DNA from: Guillardia theta CCMP2712
Lineage: Eukaryota; Protista; Cryptophyta
NCBI RefSeq assembly: GCF_000315625.1
Contig: NW_005434668.1
Coordinates: 812,533 to 876,532 of the forward strand
Reading direction: 5' to 3'
Length of the DNA stretch: 64,000 bases
The notes beneath the pieces are model-generated. The model worked only from the letters and a program-made list of their open reading frames with translations, searched no databases and was not told where the DNA came from. Of this stretch, positions 26,850-40,783 are shown one piece after another. The translations under genes and the position numbers were made by a program. Position 1 is the first letter of the stretch, and the number at the start of each line of letters is the position of its first letter.

Positions 26850-28928
26850 TCACTCGCGCTGATAGTCGATGAGACGGACGGTCCCGTCACCCGACGCGAT
26901 GGCCACCTGCTCAACCTCTCACGTCCACCACGTTTCCCAGCAGCCTCTACCTGACTCTTGGAGGGATGGAAGTCAACGCTGTACACGCCCTGAGCAAGCA
27001 GGTCAGGTGAAAGTTGCAACGGAGGAGAAGAAGGGACGGGCAGGAGCAGAGAGCGAGATGAGAAGAAAGCAGTCAACATTTGACTTGAGGGGGACGAGGC
27101 GTGTAACGCAAAAGGAAGAAGATGGTTACCTGTTTCATGCCGAGCACAACACCCACTTGCTCCCCACTTTCTCTTTTGTAGAGGCTGCGACCAGATCAGC
27201 ACTTCCTCCCCCTCTTTCCCAACAACCCCTTCAACCTCTCCTCCTCCTCGCCCTTCACCCTCCCTCTCACCGAGCCTCATTGGCCCCACTGCCACCAGCG
27301 ATGATGTAAGTAGCCCCGACGTCCTTGCTGAATTGCGTGCCATAGCTGGAGATTCTGCAGTTAGACGACGGTCGCGGATCGAGGAGGACGGGCTTACAGC
27401 AAACAAGGATGAGAGGCGTTGGTCCAGTTGTAGTTCTTTAGCAGAGTGCAAGTCCGAAGGTCCCACAACTGATTGAGATTAGCATCAGTAGGATAGGGGC
27501 ACGTTCGGGCCGTTGCAAGTGCACCTGGAGCTGATTCTCAGGGCGCCAAGATCCGCTGACGATATAGTTGTCGTAGAGATCGATGGAGTCGCCTGTTGCG
27601 GTCGTCACGTCCGAGCCGCTTCATGGAGGGTGGCGACCTGTGATGTGCGTGCCGAACACACTCCTGCATGGTACATCCATCCGGATGTCCCACACCTGCT
27701 CAATGCGCGATGAGCAAAGATCAGAAAAAGGAGCAAACCATGATCGGAATGAGAGACTGGAATGCTCTCAGATCGAAAGGGGGCCAGGTGCTGACCTGTA
27801 TTGTGTTGTCCCATCCAGCACTCAGCAGCAGGTTCTCATCATCCGTGCTGCTCAGGGGGTCAAAACTTTCAACTCCCTGCAGCTCTTGTACCTGAACTTG
27901 AGCGAGAAGACCCGATTCGAATGGCCAGCACGAGTTCGCCCATAACCGCCAGTCAATGTCGACTGTAACGTCTTGGTCGCCTCGTCATAGATGCGGACCT
28001 GCGAGAAGAAGGAAGTCAGAGTCTTACAGCATACTGAGCGATGTCGTCACCTGGTGGTCTTGCCCGGCTGTGGCGAACTTGAGCCCATCAGCTCGGTAGT
28101 CGAGGGCATAACACTGCAAGATGTTCACGTTCGGCTGCGGGACAAGAGTGGAAGTTGAACCTGATTAGGATCCTCGTTGATGGTGTGCAAACATTTCATT
28201 GATGTCATGTGCCAGTGCCTGGATTGAACGCAGTCTCAGGAAGAGGAAGGAGAGGACGTGAAGGTGGTGCGTCAGAGGCAAGTAGAGCAAGCGATAGACA
28301 CTGACTTGACTAGCCCGTTTGCGTTCACTGAAAGAAGGACGTTCTTGGTCTTAGAAGAGTTCTGACATAAAACTCCGTCAGTCTCGAGACCTTTCAAGGG
28401 AAAATCTTCGATATCACTGTGTTTGGACGGAAGCGAACGCAACAGGTAGGAGCTCCGTCAAATCCTTGTTGACCGGGAAGGAGGTATACCTTTCAAAAAT
28501 CGTTCGGATAAATGGACAATTGCTGTTATTCAATCTTCACCTTGTTGCCATTCACTGTCGAGTAAATGTCAATCTCGCCGTTCCCACGGGAAGCAGCGAT
28601 GAACTGAAACTGGTGGTCAACGGATTCAATCCTATAGCTGGCATATCCCACCTGTCCATCGGGGGAGTATCTGACACAGAACACTGCGAAGTATTCGTCA
28701 GAGATCCAGCAGCCTTTACGTCTGAGCATCTCAACAAACCTTCATGGCCCGTGGCAGACTTTTGACTGCTCGATACATCATGAACTTCTTGCTGAACAAC
28801 CTGAGGACGTAAAACGTCTCAGTTCCGCACCTTACCCTCACCATGGAACGAGTCACAACCTGCTCTCCGAGAACAAGAGTCGGGCTGAAGATCTTGCTCA
28901 TGAATCCTTTCTGTTGAGGCTGAGACAT
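26850..28928 (-). CDS. WD40-repeat protein, multi-exon
   Basis: VFCVRYSPDG..IAASRGNG, RVFSLKF, SAGWDNTIQ, GVYSVDFHP..VAIASGDGTVRLID. Confidence 0.8.
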
Positions 28929-29408
28929 GGAACCTTAGGGACTGTCAGGAAGAATGAAGGGCGGCAGGATTGGAAGTACTTATATCCATGCTACCATCTC
29001 CTGGTTGCGACATCTCCAAAACAGCTGGTCGATCTCCTGCAGTTAGGTATGAGGAAGAGGAGGATAGTCTATCACTACAGTCCCTCACTTCCTCCATCCT
29101 CCCCTTCCTCTGCTCTTATCCCGCAAGCGTTGCAACCATCTTTTTCCAACCACACAAGGATCCTCCCTCCCCCCGTCTCCCTCTAACCCCCTCCTCCTTC
29201 TCAGCTCTCTCCTTCCAACCTCTGCTCGTCTCCCCTTCCTCTCTCCTCCTCTCTCCTCCTCTCTTACCGTTGGCTCTCAGATCGTCGGCGACATTGCGGC
29301 TGCCATGTCTGGAGGGAAGCGCTTTATCCAAGTTAACCACCAATTCCGGCAGACCAGATATTTTGCGAACATCTTCCTGTCATGCAGCCTGTCATGGCGA
29401 AGACCGCC

Positions 29409-30297
29409 ATGGTGGGGAAGGGGATGAGCGACATGAGGAGAGTGGTCGTTATGCTGCTCTCATGTCTGGTGATGGTGGGAGAAGGAGCGATACAGGCAGA
29501 CCTCCGCTCCTCCTCCTGCTCTTGTTCCTCTCCATTCTCTGCTTCATCCCGCTCCTCTCCACCGTCCTCTCCTTCTGTGTGCTGGTATCGAGCGCCTGAC
29601 AACATCGTCCTTTCCTTGTCTCTGCGCGGAGGAGCGGATTCCGACGAGTTGGACGACTCTACAGAAGCCAAGCTGTCTCAGTTGAGGCAGCAGCGGATGA
29701 TGGAGTACATGCAAGAGGCGGATAAGCGGGAAACTGGAGAGGCTGAAAAGGAGGAAGAGATTTCTCAGAAAATCGTCGAAGATCTGCAGCGAGAGCAGAG
29801 AGGTTTCGAGCTTGGTTGATGTGACATGCTGTCAGTCACGTTTCCTGCTAGCACTGGAGAAGATGCGAGGTAACCTTGCCAAGCTCCTGGCTCAGGAGAA
29901 CGAGAATTCACTGGTCTTGTCGGTGAGAAGGAGTTCCGCAGTGTTCTGCCAACCTCTGTCTGACAACAAGCAGGAGCTGAAGCTTGTGCCGGATGGGAGG
30001 AACATCTACAAGAGCGTCGGCCCCCTTCTCTTCCTTCAGGCGACAACTATAGACCGGACACCCATCATGACTGACACCCCCCACAGGAACACGAGTCATC
30101 GGTCACAACCGTGAAGAAGAGGCTGAGCCTGATCAAGTCGCAGAGGTGAAACACTCTCCTCTCCTCCTTCCCGGTGTGCGCGTGACGGGAGGTTCAACAG
30201 CAAACAGCTGCAGAGCAGGATCAAAGAGGCGGAGACGTCGTTGCAGAAGAGCTACGAGAAATTCAAGGGCAGGGTGCAGCAGCAGGATGAAGAATGA
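29409..30297 (+). CDS. prefoldin beta (subunit 6-like) protein with signal peptide and LSLRGG leader
   Basis: MRRVVVMLLSCLVMVGEGA, LSLRGG, then LLAQENENSLV..ELKLVPDGRNIYKSVGPLLFLQ..TVKKRLSLIK (prefoldin-6 pattern). Confidence 0.75.
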
Positions 30298-30319
30298 GGG
30301 GAGGGAGGACGAAGTTCAA

Positions 30320-33300
30320 ACAGACTTGTCCATCTGCTGAGGCCTTGCTGATCCTCCAGGCCTTCAGGCGGGCGGGTCCCCGGCCTTCTTCTCCTCCCAT
30401 GAAGTGTTGAGAGCGTCCTGCAGAGTGCGGTTATCAGCTCGGAGGACAGGAGGGAGCACAAGAGAGGAGGAGGAAGAGGGAGCTAGAGGAGGCAGAAGGA
30501 GGGCAGCATCTGGAGACCTTGGCGGCAACGACCACAGACTTGAGGGTGAGATATCCCTGGCTCCGAGACAAGTTTATCTCGCTGAGCTCCTGGTGGCGTT
30601 GGAGATCAATGCCCCCTATCTGCACAAGGAAGCAAGGAACCTTGGTCAGGAGCTCAATCTGCCGCTGCTGCTCTCTCGATCGCTCCAGCGAGTCTTGAAG
30701 GGCCTGCTGTGTCAAGTCAGAGGGGAGGAGGGGAGGGGAGAGTGGGCCGCTCCTGTTCGTATCTCCTCCTCTCCGCCGCTCCCTCCTCCACCAGCGCGTG
30801 AAGGTCCTGGATGGTCTGATCGAGCTGCGAATTCTCCTCCTGGAGCTCCTGGTGGCAGGTGAGGAGGAGGGACGGGTTGACGCCTGGACCTTCTTCTTGG
30901 TTTTCAGCTCGTCGATCCTACTCTCCCTGATGACAGAGGCAGCGCTCAGGAACAGGACGGTACAAGTTGTCTGAGTACAAGAAGATATAGTCTTCGAGCA
31001 TATGATGTGACATAATCCATTGCTCCTCCGACAAGGCTGCAAGTTCCCTCGCGAGCTCCTCGACATCTCTGCTCCATCCCTTTCACGCTCGAGGATCCGA
31101 GAAATCAAACAACACCTGAGCAGGCGTCCCTTCTCCGCCTCACGCGCTTCCACATCCTGCATGCCCATCCTATTTGAGACCCAACTACTCTCTCACCAAG
31201 CTGCGTCCTCCTCTCGCGCCCCCCTGCCCCTCTTCTCCTATTCCTCCTCCACCTTCTCCTCCTCCCCCTGCCCTTCCTCTTTCTCCCCTCATTATCCTTC
31301 TTCAGTCCCCTCTCCCTCCTCTCTCCTTCGTGATCTCCTCTTTCCCACCTGCTCCTCTGCCTTGGCCATTTTCTTGATCCAATTCTGCCGCCATCCCGTC
31401 AGCCCCTCAGCCCGTCTCTCCTTCCTTGCTCCACCTCTCCGCATGACTTGAGGTGGCTGGACAACTTCGTCAGCCACTCCTCCCCCGTCTGATTCTCGAT
31501 CTCCTCCTCCTTGAGGAAGGAAAGGGTTTCTATCCCCTCCACCTCCCCGAGCACGAAGATGACGGCTTTCAGCAGCTCCCCTGTTGCGTTGGAGATCCAT
31601 CCTGATGGAGTTGACAAGGGTCATGAATGAAAAGGGGGACAAGCGGGAGTGAAGGACCTTGATCGCTTGCGTCGTAGTTGATCTGCCAAGAAGTCAGTCT
31701 ACATTGTCATCAGCATGATGGTCATCACGGTGAGGAGGCGAAGGAGGAGAAGAACGTGGTGGTGGTGGTGGTGGTGGTGAGGGAGGGAGGGAGGAAGAGG
31801 AGGTAGATGTTGAGGTGGAGAAAGAGGAGGAGATGGTGTTGGAAGAGGTGGGAGTTTAAGGAGGAAGATGATGACGAAGGAAGAGGAGAGGTCAAGGACT
31901 AGCGATCCTCTCACTTTCGGAAGAGGCGGTAAGGCAGAAGCTTTTGGAGATTCTTTCGGCGGAGGAGATGAGACTTTCTTGTTTTTCTGATGGAGAGGAA
32001 ATTTAGAAGCTCTCAGACAAGAACGACCATTGACCTCCAGCTGTTTGACTTGTTCTCTGAGATGTTGCAGCTCCTCGCCTTTGATTGATCGTCATCATCA
32101 TCATCATCAACAACAACAACATCATCGTCATCATCATCGTCGTCGTCGTCATCATCATCATCATCATCGTCATCATCAGGAGCCTTCTTACTCAGTGATA
32201 CAGTTTGTGAAACTCTGGTTTCCCAGTCTTCAAACCATTCTTTCGTCTGATCCAGCATGTCAAACCATCAAGTCGCTGCGACCAGGGACAAACTCACTCC
32301 CCGCAGGGTCGTCAAGCTGTAAAAGCTCATGCTCTCAGCCGCTGAGTCTTTAGTGAGCGACAAGCTTCGATGCCCGACAAGCTCTACCGCACGACAGATC
32401 CCGTCGGGCGAATCGAAGAGAGACGGGAGAGCCAGCTGGTCCATTCAGCAAGTCCTGGAAGGAGGAACGTGAGGAGGACAAAGAAAGATTGACATCAAGG
32501 AGATGAAGACTGAGATGAGGAAAACATGAAGATGTTGGAAGAACGAAGATGAAGATGGAGAGAGAGGAGGAGAAGATGTGTCAACTTGAACGTCGTCGGT
32601 GCCTGAGGGGTCGACGTCGACGTTGTTGATGGCTAAGAAAGCTCTTGCGTGACTTTTGTCCGACCACCATCAACTCAAGACTACCAATCAACATGTCTCC
32701 GATCTTTTAGTCGACAAGTCAGGACACAAACGACTGTTCTTTTCCCTCACCTCAACCCGCCCACTCTTCTGCAGTCCGCAACCTGTCGGACAACTTCACC
32801 TTCTAGCAAAAGAACGAGATTGCAGTGCCGTGATAGATGTGGCTGACGAAGAAGCCAGGAAGAGGATGGTCCTGCAGATAGTGTAGACATCACGACAGCA
32901 AGATGTCGGCAACATCTCAACACTACTCTCTTCTCCATTCTTGCGCCGATACCCATGATCTGGTTCTGATCTACATTCCCGCAGTAGTTGTCCGATGACT
33001 GCGAAACAAACTCAGTGAGACTAAATGTCAGCCTGAAGGCATACGGGAATTGACAGTTTGAGGGTTTTCTGCTTCTTTACTTCCGGCTTGTGCAGGGCTG
33101 GAGCAGGATCCGCTGGTGGAGGATCAGCAGACGCTGAAGACTTTGACGATCTTGTGGACTTGGATGTAGGCTTTGAAACGTTGGCATGCTACGTGAAACA
33201 ATCAAGGTAAGAATAAAAAGCCATGCAAGAACAACATTCTTGCTCGATCGTTGTTTGTTGTGCTTGTCGATCAATGATTTTCGATAGTTGTCATCAAACG

Positions 33301-34864
33301 AGAGGAGGTAGGATGCTCGCGGGATGATCTTGTACTCTTTCTCTGCCATTGCAGCAGATCATCTCAGCTATGTCACAAGTACGACAAGTCATAGTGTCTC
33401 AGACCTGACTCAGATTGGCGAAAAGAACCTTTATCTGCTTCCGCCTCTTTATGCTTCTGATGACTTGTCTTACCCTTCTTGCCTTTGCTGGATTCTGGTG
33501 CCAGAATCTCCTTACAAGGTGGAGATGAGGGGCGTGAAGAGCGAGGAGGAGGAGAGGGTAGAGGAGGAGGAGTAGGTGGAGGAGGAGAAGTGGGTGGAGG
33601 AGGAGAAGTGGAAGGGGGAGGAGAAGTGGAAGGAGGAGGAGAGGAAGAGGGTGGTGGAGAAGAGGGTGGCAGAGAGGAGGGAAATCGGATAGGAGAATTT
33701 TTCATGTCTTGTTCAGATTGTTGTGTGATGTTTTCGTTTGCTTCTTGTTTTCCACTGTCACTGACATTTGTTGTGGCATCCTGTACTCTCTGATCGCTAG
33801 AGTTGCCATCCATAGAATTTTCCGAGTGAGGGATGCTTGAGATGTTCTGCAGGTCATTCAGAGTATCATCCTCCTCCTGACTAGAGTTCGATCTGTCTTG
33901 TTCCTGCGTGTTCGACAGACTGCTGATGTCCGTATTTCCTTGCAACATCAGGTGCGGGCTCGACCTCTGCATTTTACAGCATTCACGTCACAACCCGATC
34001 ATGTTGGAGACGGGAAAACAATCTCCTCTCACCTCCTCCAACGAGTCCAACGAGTCTTCCAACTCTGGATCTGGGCTGATACAAGACAATCACAAAAATG
34101 ACATCCTTGAAGAGCAAATTCCTCACAAGATTGGCAGAGGGATGTCACTGCTCAAACTCGCTCCCGGCACTTCCTGTACGACCCACTCTGTCGACCTCTG
34201 GGAGGCGTTTGGATTGCCGTTGTTCCTCAGTGCAAGAATTTCTCGTAGGTGCCTGGCGGTCCTGGCGGACACGTTGTTTTGCGCCACGTCGATCTCTCTC
34301 ACGAAGGGGTTGTTCAAGAGCGCGGAGGTGAAGCTCCTGCCCCCCACGTCCGTCATCTCGTTGTCACTGACGTTGAGGCTCAGCAGCCGCTGGTTCCTCT
34401 CCAACGCCAACCCGAGCTGCGTCGCACCCTCGTCCTTGATCTGCCCGGGATGACGTCAGCGGAGGTCAGCAGCCCCTCCCGCTCACCTTGTTCTTCCCCA
34501 GGTTGACGATCTCCAGCTTCGACGCGTTGAGGATGCGGGCGAGCCGACCGGCCCCGTCGGGCCCGATCTCGTTGTTCCAGAGGTTGAGGTGCTTCAGCGG
34601 GCTCCTGCTCGTGCTGATCCAGTCGCAGAGCGTTCCCATTCCCCGGTCGCGGATCTCGTTGCTTCTTAGCTCCAACCTCTGCAGGTGGTGGAGGGGGCGA
34701 AGCTCTTGAAACCGATGGGTCACCATGACAACCCCCTCATCCCTCAGCGCCATGTTGTTTAGCCGCAGGTTGCTCCTGCCCGACCACCTGCCCAGCAGGC
34801 TGGACAGCCTGTCGTACTTGGCGCGCTTGTCTTCCTCGGGAGAGTCCCATGGCACCGAAATCAT
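30320..34864 (-). CDS. RI-like leucine-rich repeat protein with low-complexity and coiled-coil C-terminus, multi-exon
   Basis: LQRLELRSNEIRDRG, LKHLNLWNNEIGPDGA, LLSLNVSDNEMTDVG. 3' part and single-gene status uncertain. Confidence 0.65.
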
Positions 34865-34956
34865 GTCGGAGCAGCTGCTGAAGGATATGAGCAAAGAGAA
34901 GTGAGATGTGAGAAGAGCAGGCGCAAAGGGAGAAAAAGTCAGAGTGGAGGAGGGAA

Positions 34957-35023
<67 letters not shown>

Positions 35024-35054
35024 TCGAGGACGAGGTCGAGGACGAGGACGAGGT

Positions 35055-35108
<54 letters not shown>
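34957..35108. repeat. (GACGAG)n microsatellite between divergent genes
   Basis: Read directly. Confidence 0.95.
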
Positions 35109-35109
<1 letters not shown>

Positions 35110-35397
35110 GAAGAAAAGGATCTCTTCAGCACAAGAACGCGCTCACATGAAATTTTCGAACTTGCGTTTTTTTTTGTTGACTAGTCTTGTCAGAAAGAAT
35201 CGGAACAAAGTAGGGCTGGAGTAAAAAAACTCTGCAACGGAAGAGCGGGGCTGAGGGAGCAGGGAGGGAGCGGGGAGGGAGAGGGGAGAGGCAGGAGGAA
35301 GAGGAAGCGAGAGGAAGGAGAAACGAGCAGGAGACATGAGGCGGAAGAGGTAGTCGCCCGCTAGCTATCGTCTCTTCGCCAACAGAATTCCACAAGC

Positions 35398-38217
35398 ATG
35401 ATCGGCACGTCCGAACAGGAAGCCCGGCTCAGCATGAAGAGCTTGGAACGGGATCTCATCAGCCTGACAGCCAAGAACGAGGATCTCCGGGAGAGGATCC
35501 GGAGTCTGTCTAGCATACGGCGACCAGAAGCCCCTGCTGCTCCTTCTTCCTCCGTCAGGGAGCAGCAGAACGATCTGCCATGGAAGCTTCAAGCCAGGTT
35601 CAGTTCTGTGCTCAAGGAGCTCTACGAGTGCTCGGGGGACTGCCAGCGGAGCAAGGAGCTTGAGAACGAGCTGCAGATCGCCCTTGGCATTGACAAGGTG
35701 CTCGCAGTGGATGGAAAGGAGTCGTACGAGGAGTACGAGGTCAGGGTTGCGAGACAGTGGGAGGTCGCACAGAAGATGATCAGCCTGTCAGACCTTGGGA
35801 TCCTGCGGGTCATAGCAGAGTGCATCCCAGGAGGAGGAGCTGAAGATCCTCTTGCTGGGCTGCAAGGCATGACGGCAAGTACTCGTGCGGAGCTGTGCCA
35901 TGGGATGTTGGCAGCGAAGCTTGCGGAAAGCCTGGAGAAGGTTTCGGCTCCCCGCGGGAAGGGAGGAGAGTTTGTTGAGCTGCCTTGCAACAGCAAGTTC
36001 TCCCTCAACGAGTCAGCTCCTTCGGGTCACAGCAGTGAGGCTGTCTACGGGAAGCTCGAGGAGTTCCATGGCGGACTGATCGATCGCATCGGTCTGCCGC
36101 ATGTGAACCTGTACAAGGGCCTCGAGGACGACCACTGCGGAGGGAAAGATGCCAGGTACCAGTTCACCACGGGCAACTACAAGATCCAGACCACGACCCT
36201 GGACGAGTGGAAGGCTTTGACCGACCCTGAGGTGAGAAGAAAACTGTCACAGGGCCCGAGGGAGATCCGAGACGTTGAAGAGCTCCTTCGCCATCCCCTG
36301 GCTGTCAAGGCTCAGCTGCTCAGGGAGGAAATTCTTGCCTTGCAGCTCTACACAGGTGACAGGCACGGAGTCTGACGAGGCACTGAAGTTCTCACTCTTT
36401 CCACAGGCCCCATGTACTACAAGTACAACGCTGTTCTTCGGAATCCGAGCAGCTCAAACAACAAGTTCGCCACTACCATTCACTGCATTGTCAGCGGGCT
36501 CGTCAAGTTGTCTCGGTTCACACCCCTGACAGAAAATCGGCGAGTGCTCAGAGGGTTGAAGGGGCTCAGGTTGCCCGAGAACTTCCTGAAAGAGGACGAG
36601 TATGGAGTATCGGGAGGGGTCGAGTATGGGCTCTTGAGCACGACCACAGACATCATGACGGCTATCCAGTATGCTGGGGATGGGGATCCTATCATCTTCG
36701 AGATCAACTGTGGGGCCATTGACCGTGGCGCAAGCTTGGAGTTCCTGTCTCAGTATCCCGGAGAGAAGGAGATCTTGTATCCTCCGCTGTCATACCTGGA
36801 GGTGATCAAGCAGCCGCGCTACACAGAGGTGCAGGGGAGGCGAGTGACGGTGCTGGAGCTGAAGATCAACTCGAACATGACCAGCATGAAGATCGAAGAC
36901 TTTGTCGGGAAGCGAAAGCAACTTTACACAGCGCTGATGGCGAACATAGCCAAAGAGGTCGAAAGAGATCTGAGGGAGTGGAAGCCAAGGATCAACGAGC
37001 GCTTGAAGAGCGCGCCATATGATTTCATGTACATGACTTACAAGAGCCTCAAGAAGTCAATCACCTCTGAATGTAGAAAGATCCTCAAGAAATGGATGGC
37101 CCAGACGGCTGAATGGTACAACGAGGAGAACAACTACAAGGAGGCGATAGAGGAGGCCATGATGACAAAGGAGATGGCAATGAATAAGATGAGGTACTGG
37201 ATCGAAGATACCACGGGGGACTGCCAGTGTGCACCCCTCATCTCAGAGAAAATCAAGTCTGTGTACTGGATGACGATGGCGGACTTGCACAACAGACTGA
37301 GCAGCAAAGCCTTGAAAGAGGAGGAGCGACTGGAGCTTAGCAAGCGCTTGTGTGAGATGCACGGCACCTCGATCACCAGTGGAGAAAGCAAGGGCGAGCC
37401 TCCCATAGTCCTGGCGGTCCTCCGAGGGCAGAGAGAGTTGATACCTCTGCTCAGGGCCGCAGGATGCGACATGAACGCCCGGTTGGCTGATGGACGGACA
37501 GCATTGCACCTAGGGGCCATGCTGGGCATGCAAGGATGCGTCAAGGACCTGGTCGAGGCAGGAGCTAATTGCATGATAAGCGATAAGCTCGGCAGGACCT
37601 GCGCCCACTTCGCGAGCTCAGGGGGCAAACTAGAGATGCTACAGCACCTGCAGGGCGTGTGCGAGGAAGGGCTCCTACTAGTGGAGGATAAGCAGAAGCA
37701 GACATGTGCGCACGAGGCAAGTAAAACGGGGCAGGTGGAGGTTCTGAGGTACTTGAACGACACATGTGGACAAGAGCTCCTGCTCAGGAAGGACTTTGAA
37801 GGGATGGCTTGTACAAACCTTGCATGCTATTATGGCCATCTAGATGTGATCAAGTACTTCAAGGATACCTTTGGTCAAGAGGCACTCCTGAACGTCAATA
37901 ATGAAGATGAGACCTGTGCAGTGACTGCTTGCTCAAGGGGATATTTGGTACTGGTGAGGTATCTATATGAGACGTGCGGACTGGAATTCATAAAGAGGAA
38001 AAGCCAGCGGGGGCTGACTTGTGCGCATGTTGCGAGTTCCGGCGGGCACCTTGAGGTGTTGGAGTACTTAGAGGAGATCTGTGGACGAGAGTTCTTCTTC
38101 GAGCGAGACAATGAGGGGAATAATTGTGGGTTGTATACGACAAAACAGAGTGTCCATGATTTCTTCGACAAGGTATGTGGCACAGACTTTAACAACGTTC
38201 GAATTGTAAATTCTTGA
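35398..38217 (+). CDS. mono-ADP-ribosyltransferase (R-S-E type) with C-terminal ankyrin repeats, 2 exons
   Basis: Intron ~36356-36407 gives LQLYTGPMYYKYNAVLR; then VLRG, LLSTT, SQYPGEKEILYPP; ankyrin repeats DGRTALHLGA, GRTCAHFAS, GLTCAHVAS. Confidence 0.85.
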
Positions 38218-38386
38218 TGCAATGAAATCTAGACATCAATGATTCAAAGAGTGAGGGTATAGCAGAGTCGAAAGGAGATGCGTGGGAGAGGATCAATAAG
38301 ATTCTTTCCACAGCACTCCAGATATGTCAGACAAATCGACAGAGATATTCTTGTTGTTTTACAAGCTTCTAGATTAGAAACTATTG

Positions 38387-39409
38387 TCACACGTATACTG
38401 CTGTTGACAGCGGGTAAGCAGTTCCATCCCCTCGGGCCCGCCATGAGTCACAAAGATGCTCATCAATCATCTTGTGGAGATGCACATCAAGATCGTCGAT
38501 GTCGGAATCCGAAAGGAGCTCGCATGTTTCGGTCAGACCGTCTTCCAACTGAACATGACTCAGGTCCCTCCCGTCTGCGATCGGCCATGACATCTCGTCA
38601 TAAATCGAGTGTTCATCCAAATCGACAAGATCGATGTTCGCAGTATCATTCCTCTTGCTCTCGCAGTATTCCTTCTTGTGCGTTACATGTGAAACGCATT
38701 CTTCAGCCAGAAACAAGCTTGCAATGAGCTCTCGCTCATTAAGATCGTGGAAGTTTATGTCAGGTTCGGACCATCCGATCTCTGATTGCTTTTCTCGCGG
38801 GAGATCACGGTTGTGAGGTTTCTCTGCATGATGAACATCTTCTTGTAGGCTGAATATGCTTCGCTCGACAAAGGTAGGATCATTCCAGGCTTGACCTGGC
38901 CACATATCCTTCGCAGTCTGCTCCATCCTCACCGGAGGACCCTCGCCCCGGTCATCCGACTCGTCATTGCAGGTAACGATAGGTCGAGTTGTTGGCTCGA
39001 GATCAGAGATGGTAGGTTCTGGTTGACACGCTGGAGAATGAAGAGATGCGACATGCGGTCTGATTGAAACCATCCGGGATCTGTCGCTCGAATCGCTTGA
39101 TTGTTTCGAACACGTTTCTGTGTCACCATCCGAAGTTAACGATGTATCTTGTATTTGTAATAGATGAGCATCATGTTGACAGTTCTCAGATGTCCAGTAA
39201 GAATGAACTACTTGCTCGTTGTCTTTCGTGTCTGGAGTGACGATTGGATCCCAAATCTTGTCGGGGAGCATAAATCGCGTACCTCCCATGGAATCTGGTA
39301 AAACCAACAAGGCAGCGTCTTTGTCCTTTCCGCTCTCATGGATGGATGAGTCGTCCTTGCCTGACTTCGCCTTGCGACTGTGGAACTTCGGCCAAAGACA
39401 ATTCCACAT
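38387..39409 (-). CDS. acidic hypothetical protein (340 aa)
   Basis: Long uninterrupted ATG-started ORF; no domain recognised. Confidence 0.55.
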   Translation of the reverse strand: MWNCLWPKFHSRKAKSGKDDSSIHESGKDKDAALLVLPDSMGGTRFMLPDKIWDPIVTPDTKDNEQVVHSYWTSENCQHDAHLLQIQDTSLTSDGDTETCSKQSSDSSDRSRMVSIRPHVASLHSPACQPEPTISDLEPTTRPIVTCNDESDDRGEGPPVRMEQTAKDMWPGQAWNDPTFVERSIFSLQEDVHHAEKPHNRDLPREKQSEIGWSEPDINFHDLNERELIASLFLAEECVSHVTHKKEYCESKRNDTANIDLVDLDEHSIYDEMSWPIADGRDLSHVQLEDGLTETCELLSDSDIDDLDVHLHKMIDEHLCDSWRARGDGTAYPLSTAVYV

Positions 39410-40783
39410 ACCTTGAACTGTTGTAGTTCTCTTTAGATGGACAATACAGGACCAGCACTTTAAGTTGCTACGACGAAGAAACTTCTGTCTCTCTCCTCCC
39501 CGATTCTTCGTACAGTCTTTCTCCTCCTCCCTCTCTCTTCACTTCCTTCCTGTTCGTCTACTTACTTCCGCACTATTCCTCTCACTCCCGCATGGATTGA
39601 CAAGAGGCAAGGCCGCACCTTTGGGTCACCCCACCCCACCCCACCCCCACCCCCACCCCCACCCCTTCTGACCCCTACCGATCTTGTTTTACTTTCAGCG
39701 AAAGATACCCCTGTACCTGACCAGAAGAGGCCAGCTCAGCACCAACACGGTACCGACCCCTACCCCATGAAATCTCCGACATGTACCCGGCCGAAAAAGA
39801 AATTTGCTACTCATCGTCCCGAGTCCGAGGTTTACCACCCCTACATTTCCGCAAAATAGCACCCGTTATGATGACCCCTTCCCCCCTGTGACCCCACCGA
39901 TTCCCGGCATTTCCGCACGATACAGTGACCCCTCCCGCTCCCCAAGAAAGATTTTGAAACTTATATCAAACTCCATTCAAATATTTAAATTATTGAACAG
40001 ACAATTCCCGTAATACGAAAAGTCAAGATGACCCTACATACTTGAATTAACTTTGAGTAAAAGCAGTACCGCCACCCCAGAGTCACAAGTTTGGTAACCG
40101 GCCCGGTGAAGTTTCGGCGTGCAAAAGTCATCCGGGTGGCTCCAGACCCGGCGCCTGACAATCATGGGCCCGGGGGCCTAGGACTCCAGTGACTGTGACT
40201 TTGAGTAAACCGTGACTAACTACTGATTGAAGATTTGTTCCTTCTGCAGAACTTCCCCTTACGCCCGCAATGCTGACCGTCAGCATGCTCAGGACCTCGA
40301 AGCATCGCGTGCCCGCACCCCCCTCACATCCTCCTCCTCCTCCTCCTCCTTCCCCCTTATCACCATCCTCCTCCTCCTTCCCCCTTATCATCCTCCTATT
40401 CTTCCTTCTGCTCTCTCCTCTTGCCTCCAGCCTGCTATCGCTGCTCTTGATCCCATAGCCTTCCCTCTATTCCCCAATTCCCCTAGTTTCCGCTCCTGCC
40501 GCGTCCTTCTTGTTCTACTTTATGACATGCAACCTTTTTCGTTTCCCTGTTTCGACTGCATTTGAACCTGCATAATCCACTTGTCTCCCTCCCCTTCCTG
40601 CGGCATGCAGAATTGTAGTGTTTCCTCACACGACTCTGTTTTGATTGAGATCGTCTCTTCAACGTCTTCACCGTGATCTTGGACTCGATAACGAAAACTT
40701 TTGATACTCAACTCCTGACAGCTCTGCCCCGACAGGTCTGCAGCATTCTACGTTGCTATCAGAGGTCTTCGAGATTCTCCACT

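Noticed and set aside
34737-35224. Poly-RG/RT/S ORFs
   Set aside because: Products of the (GACGAG)n repeat in an intergenic region.
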